DNA of 64,000 nucleotides from a virus (Duplodnaviria; Heunggongvirae; Uroviricota; Caudoviricetes): IMG/VR virus record IMGVR_UViG_2939521961_000009; one strand, 5' to 3'. Shown piece by piece: positions 21,169 to 30,231 of this stretch (position 1 is its first letter; each line of letters starts with the position of its first letter). The notes under the pieces were generated by a model. It saw only the letters and a program-made list of their open reading frames with translations, ran no database searches and was not told where the DNA came from. The position numbers and the translations under genes were made by a program.

Positions 21169-21471
21169 ATGAGCAGAAAAACCCAACGTTACTCTAAAGA
21201 GTTCAAAGCCGAAGCTGTCAGAACGGTTCTTGAAAATCAACTTTCGATCAGTGAAGGCGCTTCCCGATTATCTCTTCCTGAAGGCACTTTAGGACAATGG
21301 GTTACCGCCGCCAGAAAAGGGCTCGGTACTCCTGGTTCCCGCACGGTGGCTGAACTGGAATCTGAAATTCTGCAACTGCGTAAGGCGTTAAATGAAGCTC
21401 GCCTTGAGCGAGATATATTAAAAAAAGCAACAGCGTATTTTGCACAGGAGTCGCTGAAAAATACGCGTTAA
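21169..21471 (+). CDS. IS3-family transposase OrfA
   Basis: Protein identical to copy 1 OrfA. Confidence 0.9.
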   Translation: MSRKTQRYSKEFKAEAVRTVLENQLSISEGASRLSLPEGTLGQWVTAARKGLGTPGSRTVAELESEILQLRKALNEARLERDILKKATAYFAQESLKNTR

Positions 21472-21506
21472 TCGAACAATGGCGACAACAATTTCCCATT
21501 GAAGCG

Positions 21507-22325
21507 ATGTGTCAGGTATTTGGTGTATCCAGGAGCGGTTATTACAACTGGGTACAGCATGAACCCTCAGACAGAAAACAAAGTGATGAGCGGCTAAAAC
21601 TGGAGATTAAGGTGGCACATATCCGCACTCGCGAAACATATGGAACCCGGCGGCTCCAGACGGAGCTGGCAGAGAATGGCATCATCGTTGGTCGTGACCG
21701 ACTGGCACGTCTTCGTAAGGAGCTAAGGCTACGCTGTAAGCAGAAACGCAAGTTCAGAGCGACTACGAACTCGAACCACAATCTGCCAGTTGCGCCAAAT
21801 CTGCTGAACCAGACGTTCGCTCCTACAGCACCAAATCAGGTCTGGGTGGCGGACCTGACGTATGTTGCCACACAGGAGGGATGGTTGTACCTCGCTGGCA
21901 TCAAAGATGTTTATACGTGCGAAATTGTCGGCTACGCCATGGGAGAGCGCATGACAAAAGAGCTGACAGGTAAAGCTCTGTTTATGGCGCTCAGGAGCCA
22001 GCGCCCACCTGCCGGGCTAATCCACCACTCTGATCGAGGTTCACAGTACTGCGCATACGATTACCGGGTCATACAGGAGCAGTTTGGTCTGAAAACATCA
22101 ATGTCGCGTAAAGGTAACTGTTACGACAACGCTCCGATGGAAAGCTTCTGGGGAACGCTGAAAAATGAGAGCCTGAGCCACTATCGTTTTAATAACCGGG
22201 ATGAAGCCATCTCAGTAATACGGGAATACATTGAGATTTTCTACAATCGTCAGCGTCGTCACTCTCGTCTGGGGAATATCTCCCCGGCAGCCTTCAGGGA
22301 AAAATATCATCAGATGGCTGCTTAA
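21507..22325 (+). CDS. IS3-family transposase OrfB
   Basis: Protein identical to copy 1 OrfB; -1 frame relative to orfA. Confidence 0.9.
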   Translation: MCQVFGVSRSGYYNWVQHEPSDRKQSDERLKLEIKVAHIRTRETYGTRRLQTELAENGIIVGRDRLARLRKELRLRCKQKRKFRATTNSNHNLPVAPNLLNQTFAPTAPNQVWVADLTYVATQEGWLYLAGIKDVYTCEIVGYAMGERMTKELTGKALFMALRSQRPPAGLIHHSDRGSQYCAYDYRVIQEQFGLKTSMSRKGNCYDNAPMESFWGTLKNESLSHYRFNNRDEAISVIREYIEIFYNRQRRHSRLGNISPAAFREKYHQMAA

Positions 22326-22592
22326 AAAAAGAACAAATGGTAGTGTCCGCTATTGCCAGTACACCTCAGTCGCCTGTTTCTCCCTGTGGAATATCGGTCA
22401 GCGCCACCGCAAAAACATCCCCCACCTGCACCAGATCTCCGCTGCTGATGGCTGCACTGGCAACAATCGCCACCGTTTTTCCTTCTTCTACAAAATTCTT
22501 TGCCATAACTGTCTCCGCACAGCCCCGTTCAGGGGCTGATTTCAGGTACAAAAAAAGCCCTTACGGGCCATCAGAGTTGTTGTCTGCGACGT

Positions 22593-24551
22593 TTACGCCG
22601 TACATTTCACCAGGCCGCGGTGATCAACTGGCGCAACACCAGCGTCAATACGCACTTTCGTTGTCACGCCATCCACACTGAAGCCCTCCATCTGATCAAT
22701 ATATGGCGTATCCACACCGTTGAGATAAGCCACTTCAATCGTATCGGAGCCTTTGGACGCAGCCAGGTAGAAGGTGGTCTGGCTGTTATCATCAAGACGA
22801 GGCTCTGCAATAACGGTCGCAAAATCTTTCACCGGGTTAATAATACCGGCGTTAATGTCAGCCCCCTTGACACTTGAGGAGCGAATGACCTGGTTAGCAA
22901 CAGACTCCATCGCCGTCGGTACCAGTACGAACGCAGGACGAATATTCAGATGACGCTCACCCTCTTTCTGAACGCGCATCAACTGGCGGGCTTTATCCAG
23001 CGATGCCACGTCCATTGCCGCGCTCTCCAGTACGTTTGCATGTTTCGCTTTATCGAACAGACTTACATTATCTGTGGAGATTTTCGGGTTAGACGTCAGA
23101 ATGGCATAAACCAGATCGGCAATAGTGGATTTCGCCGCACGGCCCAGCTTCATCGGGACATCGGTCAGCATATTCAGATCATCATTGATAATGGCCTGAC
23201 GGGTGATACTGAACAGCTCGCCATAGGTCGCCAGTGCAATAGTGGCCTGTTTATCTCCGGTGGTGACGTATTTATATTCTGCCCCTTCACGCACCTGACG
23301 CAGAGCACTGAAGCCCCCCATACCCACACGATGGGCAATTTTAAAATCAGACAACTGACCTTTCCGCGTCCACTGTTCATAGGTTTCAGGGGCATCTTCC
23401 CAGCCCTGCAGAATGGCTTTGTTCGCAACATCCAGCAGAATATTACCGAAGTCAGACGTACTGTGTGTGAACGCCGCACCGACCATCTGCATCGGGTTAT
23501 AACTGGAAACACCAATACCACGTTCAGTCAGTGACATACGGGCATATTCACGCAGGGTCATCCCGTTGTAGACATTATCACGTTCAGTTTTTTCAAACCC
23601 GGCGCGCGCCATCAGCGCCTGGCGGATCCCGTCCCCCACAAAATTACCGTTACCGGCATAAATATGAGCCGGGGTATTTTTATTGGATGGCGTGGACTCG
23701 CGCCCCATCTCGTTCAACAGCTTTTCGCGGGCCTGCTCCAGCGAACATTCAGGATCGGCAAGACACTGAGCCTGCAACGACTGATAACGCCCGCCAAACA
23801 TGGCAAACAGATCATTAATACCGTTTACACGCGCTTTTTGCTCTGCCAGGACCTGCGCACGGATGCTGTTTTCATCCACCACGGGTGCTGCTGCCTGCAC
23901 TGGCGTCCGGGAGGCTGCAGGTCCATCATCCTGTACGCGTGGAGCACTGTTGCGTGGCGGAGTAATCATATTTCGAATGGATTCCGGCATCTTTTTAAAT
24001 TCCTCTGTACGTTTTGACTGAATACATGCCATTGCCTTAACGGCTGGTGTCACCTGATCAGCAAATCCCTGTGCCAGACATTCGGCACCGGACATCCAGG
24101 TCTCATCCGCCAGCATGGCAGCAATTTCATCGGTGGTTTTCCCGGTTTTCTGTGCATAAGCGGGTAACAGAACCGCCTCAACTTTATCGAGCAGGTCGGC
24201 ATAGGTGCGCATGTCCTCCGCATCACCGCCCGTAAAGCCAAATGGTTTATGAATCATCATGAAGGAGTTTTCCGGCATAATGACCGGGTTTCCTACCATC
24301 GCAATGACCGACGCCATTGACGCCGCCACACCGTCGACATAAACGGTAATGGACGCACCATGTGTTTTCAGCGCATTAAAAATGGCGATGCCTTCAAAGA
24401 CATCGCCACCCGGTGAATTAATATGGAGATTAATGTGGGTGATATCGCCCAGTGCATTCAGATCACTGATAAACTGCTTCGCTGTAACACCCCAGAAACC
24501 AATCTCGTCATAAATATAAATATCCGCGTCACTCTGGTGACCAGCCTGCAT
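22593..24551 (-). CDS. Prohead protease (ClpP/S49-like) fused to major capsid protein; start taken at MQAGHQSDADIY, ORF extends to 24812
   Basis: N-terminal ClpP-like region followed by long capsid-like region; arrangement recalled from lambdoid Stx-type phages. Confidence 0.8.
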   Translation of the reverse strand: MQAGHQSDADIYIYDEIGFWGVTAKQFISDLNALGDITHINLHINSPGGDVFEGIAIFNALKTHGASITVYVDGVAASMASVIAMVGNPVIMPENSFMMIHKPFGFTGGDAEDMRTYADLLDKVEAVLLPAYAQKTGKTTDEIAAMLADETWMSGAECLAQGFADQVTPAVKAMACIQSKRTEEFKKMPESIRNMITPPRNSAPRVQDDGPAASRTPVQAAAPVVDENSIRAQVLAEQKARVNGINDLFAMFGGRYQSLQAQCLADPECSLEQAREKLLNEMGRESTPSNKNTPAHIYAGNGNFVGDGIRQALMARAGFEKTERDNVYNGMTLREYARMSLTERGIGVSSYNPMQMVGAAFTHSTSDFGNILLDVANKAILQGWEDAPETYEQWTRKGQLSDFKIAHRVGMGGFSALRQVREGAEYKYVTTGDKQATIALATYGELFSITRQAIINDDLNMLTDVPMKLGRAAKSTIADLVYAILTSNPKISTDNVSLFDKAKHANVLESAAMDVASLDKARQLMRVQKEGERHLNIRPAFVLVPTAMESVANQVIRSSSVKGADINAGIINPVKDFATVIAEPRLDDNSQTTFYLAASKGSDTIEVAYLNGVDTPYIDQMEGFSVDGVTTKVRIDAGVAPVDHRGLVKCTA

Positions 24552-24564
24552 CCTGAACCAGGAA

Positions 24565-25965
24565 TTATTCTTCGGACTGGTCGTCGGTGTGCTGCGGCTC
24601 CTGTCGTTTCGTTGCGGCACTACTGCCTCCTTTATCACTGGCCGGATCGGTATCAAATACCAGATCCAGCTTGCGGTTTTCATCAATTTCGGCCTTGCGC
24701 CGACGTTTGACATCATCCGGATTACGACCACCAGCACGTACCCAGTCTGATTCTGTCGCCGCTCCACCACGAATCTGGATTTTCCAGGCCTCAGCCTCCT
24801 TAACAGGGTCAATCCACGGCATCACTGGTCCGGAATACACCGCGGTATACAGTGAAGAACGGTCAAGATCGCGGGGTAGCCTGATAACACCGGATGCCAC
24901 AGCCTGTTTCAGCCATGCACGATACATCGGGCGGGTGACGGCACCAATAAACCAGTCCTGCAGGATCAGGTAGCCATCAGTGGATTCAACCAGCTCCTGA
25001 CGCTGGGCGCTGTAAGTGCCGTTATAGTTGCGCGCTGTACTGGAAAAACTCAGACGACTGCCCGCCGCCACGGCACGCAACTGACCATTACGAAAAGTTT
25101 CAAGGTTAGGATTGGGGCGATCCGACTTCACCATTCCGATTTCTTCGCCGGGTTTCAGATCGTCGTAAATAATGCCCGGCTGAATGGTAAGCTCACGTTC
25201 ATTCTCCTTTCTGCCATTACCATCCGGTTCATAGCTCTGCCCGTCGCCTTTCCGGATGTACATCCCCAGAGCAGCGGCGATCCTTGCTGCAGTCAGCTCA
25301 GAATCTTCATATTCTTTCAGGGCACTGAGGCGGATCAGCACACCGGACAACAAAGACGTCCCGCGCATCTGGTGCAGACGGCGAACAAATTTAAGATGCA
25401 GCATTCGCTCTGCATCCACTTCTTTGGTTTCCATCTGCCGTCCGGATACGGGACGGCTTTTATACACCAGATATTTTTCGGGACGCCCCCAGTCATCAAC
25501 AAACACGCCCTGATTCAGCCTGTTGCTCTCATCACTAGTCATGGGAATAAAGTCCGGCTCGAGCGCCTCCAGCCAGAAATGAACACCGGCAGAAGGCGCC
25601 AGGCTGTTTATGCGCCCGGAAACCATCTGGGCAAACACCTCACCATCGCGCAGCCAGGTACGAAGCATCAGACGTTCCAGCATCGGACGGGTAAACTGCC
25701 CGGTGACTTCCGGGCTGACAGACCATTCACTCCATCGGGTGCGAATCTCCGCAGCCAGGTCACGGGCAATGGCCCCATTGCGTAATACCGGATGTGGCTC
25801 GACAATAATCCCGTTTTTCCCCACCACCCGTTCTTCCAGCTTGTCAAATACACCAATAACCAGATCGTGGTTGTTATCAAGGTAACGGGCCTGCTCACGT
25901 AACGACACGGCCCCGTACTGGCTTAACTGGTATAGCGCGGCGATTTTTTTGATACCGATTTGCAT
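24565..25965 (-). CDS. Portal protein, 466 aa; 5' end may be altered by the adjacent Mu-like prophage end
   Basis: Size and position upstream of protease-capsid gene; no clear Shine-Dalgarno before the ATG. Confidence 0.75.
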   Translation of the reverse strand: MQIGIKKIAALYQLSQYGAVSLREQARYLDNNHDLVIGVFDKLEERVVGKNGIIVEPHPVLRNGAIARDLAAEIRTRWSEWSVSPEVTGQFTRPMLERLMLRTWLRDGEVFAQMVSGRINSLAPSAGVHFWLEALEPDFIPMTSDESNRLNQGVFVDDWGRPEKYLVYKSRPVSGRQMETKEVDAERMLHLKFVRRLHQMRGTSLLSGVLIRLSALKEYEDSELTAARIAAALGMYIRKGDGQSYEPDGNGRKENERELTIQPGIIYDDLKPGEEIGMVKSDRPNPNLETFRNGQLRAVAAGSRLSFSSTARNYNGTYSAQRQELVESTDGYLILQDWFIGAVTRPMYRAWLKQAVASGVIRLPRDLDRSSLYTAVYSGPVMPWIDPVKEAEAWKIQIRGGAATESDWVRAGGRNPDDVKRRRKAEIDENRKLDLVFDTDPASDKGGSSAATKRQEPQHTDDQSEE

Positions 25966-26058
25966 TTCATTTGATACCGCTGAAAAACGCCGATACGCAA
26001 CTTATTTGATACTAAATCGGCGCTTTTCTTTTGAGTTTTAGAATGAGTTTTTAAGCGC

Positions 26059-26796
26059 TCATTCACTCTCTTTCAAACCAGTTTTAACTGTTTGTGGTTT
26101 TGGGTAAGGCTGGACTTTGAATAGCTTTGTGTTGAGGCGTTTTCTGGCCCTCTTGTTCAGAAACCGGATGTAACGAAACTGTCGGAACTTATGCACACTG
26201 GCTCTGTCGATATTAGCCCTCAGATGTTCACCTCGTTGTCCGCCTCGTTTAATGGCACTCCTGCAAATCTCGTGATACCACTCGCCATCAAGTTCATAGA
26301 ATGTTGATTCATGGCTGCCTACATAATCAAAATTGCTTGCCTGATACACGACACCAAGACAGCCACAACGCTCATCTGCAAACGACTGAACCCACTGTAC
26401 CTGCGGATAAAGCTGCCTGATTAGCTTGAGCGCGTAACTGATTGCCCTTGATTCGGAGTTTCTCGGCATACAGTCATGCATCCATAGCCGGTTAAGCTCC
26501 ATATATTCTCGGTTCTGCGTACCCGTTACGACGCGTGCACCACTGTTTGGGTTAAGGGCGTAACCCCATTGCATTACGCCAACAAGTTCCCGTTCTGAAA
26601 ATATACCCAGATGAAGGTAGGAATTATTTACGAAACGGTGGCTGTAATGTTTATTGACGATAACCAGTCTGGCCAGCCAGCAACTTATTGTCTCAACCCG
26701 CAACTCACGGGAGCCATAACCAACGATATTGTCGTTATAGCGAATAAGTTCAGGCGTGCTGATGATACGGGATGTGACTTGCTTTCTGTTCCCCAC
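26059..26796 (-). CDS. mom: Mom-like DNA modification protein (245 aa; apparent GTG start)
   Basis: Immediately downstream of and overlapping a Com-like zinc-finger gene, at the extreme right end as in Mu; size matches. Confidence 0.65.
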   Translation of the reverse strand: MGNRKQVTSRIISTPELIRYNDNIVGYGSRELRVETISCWLARLVIVNKHYSHRFVNNSYLHLGIFSERELVGVMQWGYALNPNSGARVVTGTQNREYMELNRLWMHDCMPRNSESRAISYALKLIRQLYPQVQWVQSFADERCGCLGVVYQASNFDYVGSHESTFYELDGEWYHEICRSAIKRGGQRGEHLRANIDRASVHKFRQFRYIRFLNKRARKRLNTKLFKVQPYPKPQTVKTGLKESE

Positions 26797-26950
26797 GACA
26801 GGATTTCCTTGTGTATGTGGGGTGCTCTGTGGCGCTCGGAGATGTGATTTGATTGAGGGTTTTACAGCGCGGACATTTTACTTCCAGATAACTGAAACTG
26901 GCCCGTGCCAGTAGCTTATTGCAGTGTCGGCACCGTATGTTTCGATACAT
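26750..26950 (-). CDS. com: Com-like zinc-finger translational activator (about 66 aa from [14 protein letters not shown])
   Basis: CxxC...CPRC pattern and sequence resemble recalled Mu Com; AGGAGG upstream; overlaps mom start. Confidence 0.7.
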   Translation of the reverse strand: MYRNIRCRHCNKLLARASFSYLEVKCPRCKTLNQITSPSATEHPTYTRKSCRGEQKASHIPYHQHA

Positions 26951-26995
26951 GGCCGCATAACCTCCTGCTTTGTTGTTGATGCCTTTCTCATGCAA

Positions 26996-27136
26996 TCGAT
27001 CGACAAAAACGATCGATTCGATTTGTTTAATTGATACAACAAATAGATTTAAAAGTCATCAACAATGATTCAGGGCGGTGATTATTTACTTAAAGAAACG
27101 AAGAGTTAGGTGGTGAAAACGATCATAAAATGATCA
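26996..27136. promoter_or_regulatory. Candidate Dam-dependent regulatory region upstream of com-mom (four GATC sites in 140 bp)
   Basis: GATC at 26998, 27011, 27121, 27132; analogous to the Dam-regulated mom promoter region of Mu. Confidence 0.45.
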
Positions 27137-27357
27137 TTTTATTGACTTTTTATACAGTGAAGGTAGGATCGCGCGTATATGTAGTATGTTTCAAATCAAC
27201 AGGATACTACATAAAAGGGAAACCCAGCATAGCTGGAACTATGCTGGGTCAATCTGTAAAAACTTGCATCAATGCTTTACTTCGAGCTCGTGGCGTATCC
27301 TATGATATTCCCCGGTCTCCTGTAAAGCAGAGATGCATAAAAAGGAGATCTTTATCA

Positions 27358-27527
27358 TGGATAAAGAGCCTGTTTGCCCTGCCTGTAAGACTCCCTTACA
27401 GCTCATCTATCGCCGTTCTCGATCTCAAAATGGCAAGACATACAAACCAAAAAATGCTTCCTGTTTCAGGATGCTGATATGTCCTGCCTGTTCTCCCCGG
27501 AGGGAAAATACACAAAACGTGCATTAA
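27358..27527 (+). CDS. Small zinc-ribbon protein (56 aa, two CPAC motifs)
   Basis: Strong RBS AAAGGAG 8 nt before the ATG; CPAC...CPAC. Confidence 0.4.
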
Positions 27528-27535
27528 CAAATTCA

Positions 27536-27557
27536 CCCGGCAGGGAAACCTGCCGGT
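27536..27557. terminator. Hairpin between convergent genes (8-bp stem CCGGCAGG/CCTGCCGG, GAAA loop)
   Basis: Perfect inverted repeat read directly. Confidence 0.4.
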
Positions 27558-27565
27558 CGGTATTG

Positions 27566-27811
27566 TTACATCATAGTACCGTCAGTTCCGGGTTGAACCG
27601 GCTCTGGTTGCTCTACGGGTTGAGGCTCATTTTCCGTGCTGTTTTCAGCCGGAGAACGACCAACCATTCGGGCCAGCACTTCATCAACATATGCGTCGAT
27701 TTGTGCCTCAAAATCCTTGCGAACCTGCGCCTTCAGCACGCGGTTCACTTCTTCAGAATAAAGTGCCTGTTTGACAAGCTCTTCAGTAACCGTGCCTTTA
27801 ATCTCTGGCAT
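27566..27811 (-). CDS. Hypothetical protein, 81 aa, acidic Pro/Glu-rich C-terminus
   Basis: AGGAG 7 nt before the ATG. Confidence 0.5.
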   Translation of the reverse strand: MPEIKGTVTEELVKQALYSEEVNRVLKAQVRKDFEAQIDAYVDEVLARMVGRSPAENSTENEPQPVEQPEPVQPGTDGTMM

Positions 27812-27846
27812 GAATATTCTCCTTTCCTTTTCTGGTTCACAAAAAA

Positions 27847-28026
27847 TTAAATCTGACCGGAGTCTTTCGGCTGCGGCATTACAGCACCGCTTTTTATCTT
27901 TTCCTCGGCAGCTGCATCAATTTTATTTCGAAAATAATTGCGAATAATTTTATAACCACCGCTGACAAGCAACAGACAACAAACCACCGTGCAGAAATAC
28001 AGCAGGCAGACGTTTATATATGTCAT
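27847..28026 (-). CDS. Candidate small membrane protein (59 aa, N-terminal TM helix)
   Basis: Hand-translated ORF below the track cutoff; weak GAGG RBS. Confidence 0.3.
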   Translation of the reverse strand: MTYINVCLLYFCTVVCCLLLVSGGYKIIRNYFRNKIDAAAEEKIKSGAVMPQPKDSGQI

Positions 28027-28083
28027 ATAAGCCTCACTCTTATTAACTGATGTTACAGCCGGATAAATTCCCGGCCGTCACGA

Positions 28084-30132
28084 TTATGCCGCAGGGGTAT
28101 TAACCTCAAGGACAACGCTCTCAAAAGACACGCCATAAGTTGCCCCTTTGGTGACATCTGTCAGTGTCAGCGTATCTTTGGCAGGGGAAAGTGCATCTTT
28201 CACCATCTGGAATGCCTGGCCCGGAGTGCCATCCAGCACAGGCGTTACCTGGGCACTTCCCGCCGTAAACTTCAGGACAAGTGTATGCCACTGGTTATTG
28301 TAGGCTCCAAATGATCCCAGTTTCGTATTCCCCCCTGTTTTATGGTGCATCAGATTTAACTGGCCGCCTGTTGTCTGGAGATAATACGCCATCAGGAACG
28401 GTGTGCCTGTACCACTCATGGTTACACCTTCCGGGACCGTATCGGTGTGGAGGTAAATACCCAGAGCAAACTGGCCTTCTTTTACTTCACCTGACAGACG
28501 GAATTTACAGGTCAACTGACCACCATGCTTCAGAAGTTCACCGGCTGCATCAGTTCCATGGGTAAGCGTCCAGGTTTTTCCGCTTTGTTTGGATACGGTC
28601 AACGCTTTACCTTCGTCCGTCAGCTGGATTGTACCATCTGTAATTTTCCAGCCCTGAGCCGGGGCTTCTCCTGCTGATGCTTTAAGTGAAAGCAGCGTAC
28701 GGAGTGACGGGGATGTCGGATGGGGGGACTCACTGCCTCCTGGCTGACTACCTGTCGGCGCTTCCGGTTTCCCACCCGGCGCGGGCTGAGGCAGGGCTTC
28801 ACCATCAGGGGCCACACCGGCAATAAATGCAGAGGTCAGACCTGCATATTTAAGAATTGCTGATGCAAAACGATCTGAGACCAGAAAACGGCGCGCCCAG
28901 GAGCTAAAATGGGTTGCCCTGGATGCTGTTGTCCAGTTGCCATCTCCCCGTGATTCCGCACCATAATACCCGGCAGAAGCGATATCCGGGTCGTGCTCCG
29001 GCAGGTTGGTCGCGGTTTTATTACCGAACTCATCGTGCATCAGTGGAACAAAGTGAATGTTCTCGGAAGCCCGGTTTTTATATCCGCTATAAATGGTTTC
29101 ATATGCCGCCGGGTTCTTCTCTTTCCAGTCATAGGTTGTGTCACCACATAACCACGGCACACTGTCTGATGAACCACCAATACACTGACCGGAGAAAGCA
29201 CCAAGATCCGCACGGAATTTTTTCACCATCGCAGTAAACTGGGCACCATGCTGGGCCGGGGTCGCTTTAAGGTCTCCTTCCCCCTGAATCCATACGACAG
29301 ATAACAGCACATTCTTTGGATTCGCCTCAAGTGCCGCTTTAGTTCGACTGACAAGATCCTGATACAGTGGGGTATCCACTCCCCAGCGTAGTGACGCCTC
29401 GGCTGCACCACTTGCCGGATCGAATGAGCCAACTGCGCCGGTTGTAAAAGCAGAGCCGCCACGGGCACAGGGAACCAGTAAAATCCCGGCATCAGCAGGA
29501 ATCACCGGTAATACTTTTTTCGCAATATGAAGTCCCTGCCCCACACAACCATACTGCCCTTTTTTCAGGTCTGCTTTTGGATGGTTCAGCAGACTCATAT
29601 TCTGAACATCATGAAGGCAGTGATCTGCTGGAATGATTTCATTGTATTTGCAGGGAATACCTCCGGGGGTTTGTGTATTCCTGCGTGCCAGCTGCATAAT
29701 ACGTGGATCAGGACGATCATAAGAATCCGGAAGGGGCAACCCTTCACCATAAGATGAAGCATTGGACTGGCCGGCTATAACAATCACGTAATACCAGGAA
29801 GGGGAGCTGGAAGCAGTTTCATTTCCTGACGGACGGGTATGTGTTTCAGCATTATCCCAGTCTGACGGTTCAGCAGTACCGGCAACATCAGCACTTAACG
29901 GAATGACCGCACCAATACCCGCTCCGGTAATTTCCACACTCGGATCACCGGATACTGGCCTTACCCACAGGCAATCCCGTGTATTAAAACTGATGAGACA
30001 GTCAGCAAATGTCATTCCTCCTTTTGTTTCGGCCGGAGGAAAGGGAGCCTCAAGAAATGCCGCTGTACCACCGGAAACTTTAACAGTAAAGTTTCCGGGC
30101 ATTGATGATAGTTGAACCCATTTGGACGTCAT
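28084..30132 (-). CDS. SASA/SGNH-type carbohydrate O-acetylesterase with N-terminal and C-terminal lectin-like domains, 682 aa (resembles prophage NanS-p)
   Basis: GQSN esterase motif at residues 121-124; three-domain layout as recalled for EHEC prophage NanS-p. Confidence 0.7.
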   Translation of the reverse strand: MTSKWVQLSSMPGNFTVKVSGGTAAFLEAPFPPAETKGGMTFADCLISFNTRDCLWVRPVSGDPSVEITGAGIGAVIPLSADVAGTAEPSDWDNAETHTRPSGNETASSSPSWYYVIVIAGQSNASSYGEGLPLPDSYDRPDPRIMQLARRNTQTPGGIPCKYNEIIPADHCLHDVQNMSLLNHPKADLKKGQYGCVGQGLHIAKKVLPVIPADAGILLVPCARGGSAFTTGAVGSFDPASGAAEASLRWGVDTPLYQDLVSRTKAALEANPKNVLLSVVWIQGEGDLKATPAQHGAQFTAMVKKFRADLGAFSGQCIGGSSDSVPWLCGDTTYDWKEKNPAAYETIYSGYKNRASENIHFVPLMHDEFGNKTATNLPEHDPDIASAGYYGAESRGDGNWTTASRATHFSSWARRFLVSDRFASAILKYAGLTSAFIAGVAPDGEALPQPAPGGKPEAPTGSQPGGSESPHPTSPSLRTLLSLKASAGEAPAQGWKITDGTIQLTDEGKALTVSKQSGKTWTLTHGTDAAGELLKHGGQLTCKFRLSGEVKEGQFALGIYLHTDTVPEGVTMSGTGTPFLMAYYLQTTGGQLNLMHHKTGGNTKLGSFGAYNNQWHTLVLKFTAGSAQVTPVLDGTPGQAFQMVKDALSPAKDTLTLTDVTKGATYGVSFESVVLEVNTPAA

Positions 30133-30231
30133 AATAATCAGCCTGTTCCTGAATAAACTGAATTATCATATCCACAGACCGATAAACGCCATTTTGCGTT
30201 AATTCAGTAAAGGCCCAACAAAGAGAGCGTC

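Larger units (their letters stand above)
21105..22368 (+). mobile_element. IS3-family insertion sequence, IS600-like, copy 2 (1264 bp), flanked by 3-bp direct repeat GTC; inverted relative to copy 1
   Basis: Ends and both ORFs identical to copy 1; boundaries set where the flanks diverge. Confidence 0.85.
20916..22506 (-). pseudogene. Small head protein gene (about 107 aa, DUF2190-like from recollection) split by IS600 copy 2: N-terminal part 22369-22506, C-terminal part 20916-21104
   Basis: Reading frame is continuous across the IS once one copy of the 3-bp duplication GTC is removed (…IPQGETGD|GITEGVFMLPK…). Confidence 0.55.
2472..25960 (-). mobile_element. Defective lambdoid (Qin-like) prophage, late morphogenesis region only; lower boundary uncertain, upper boundary set by the Mu-like prophage end
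   Basis: Contiguous lambda-order tail and head genes with ydfK-pin-tfa-stf at the end; no terminase, lysis, regulatory or integrase genes on this side. Confidence 0.6.

Noticed and set aside
4336-22368. Possibility that the segment between the two IS copies has already inverted by IS-IS recombination
   Set aside because: Each copy is flanked by its own matching 3-bp duplication (AAT/AAT and GTC/GTC), and the tail genes keep lambda order and orientation relative to the head genes, so no inversion has happened in this sequence.
27130-27477. 115-aa plus-strand ORF
   Set aside because: Overlaps the better-supported zinc-ribbon ORF, which has a strong RBS, in another frame and has no RBS of its own.
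28084-30132. Whether the esterase implies a Shiga-toxin phage
   Set aside because: No stx A/B-like ORFs, Q antiterminator or lambdoid lysis genes are nearby; the gene sits inside the Mu-like prophage between gin and com.
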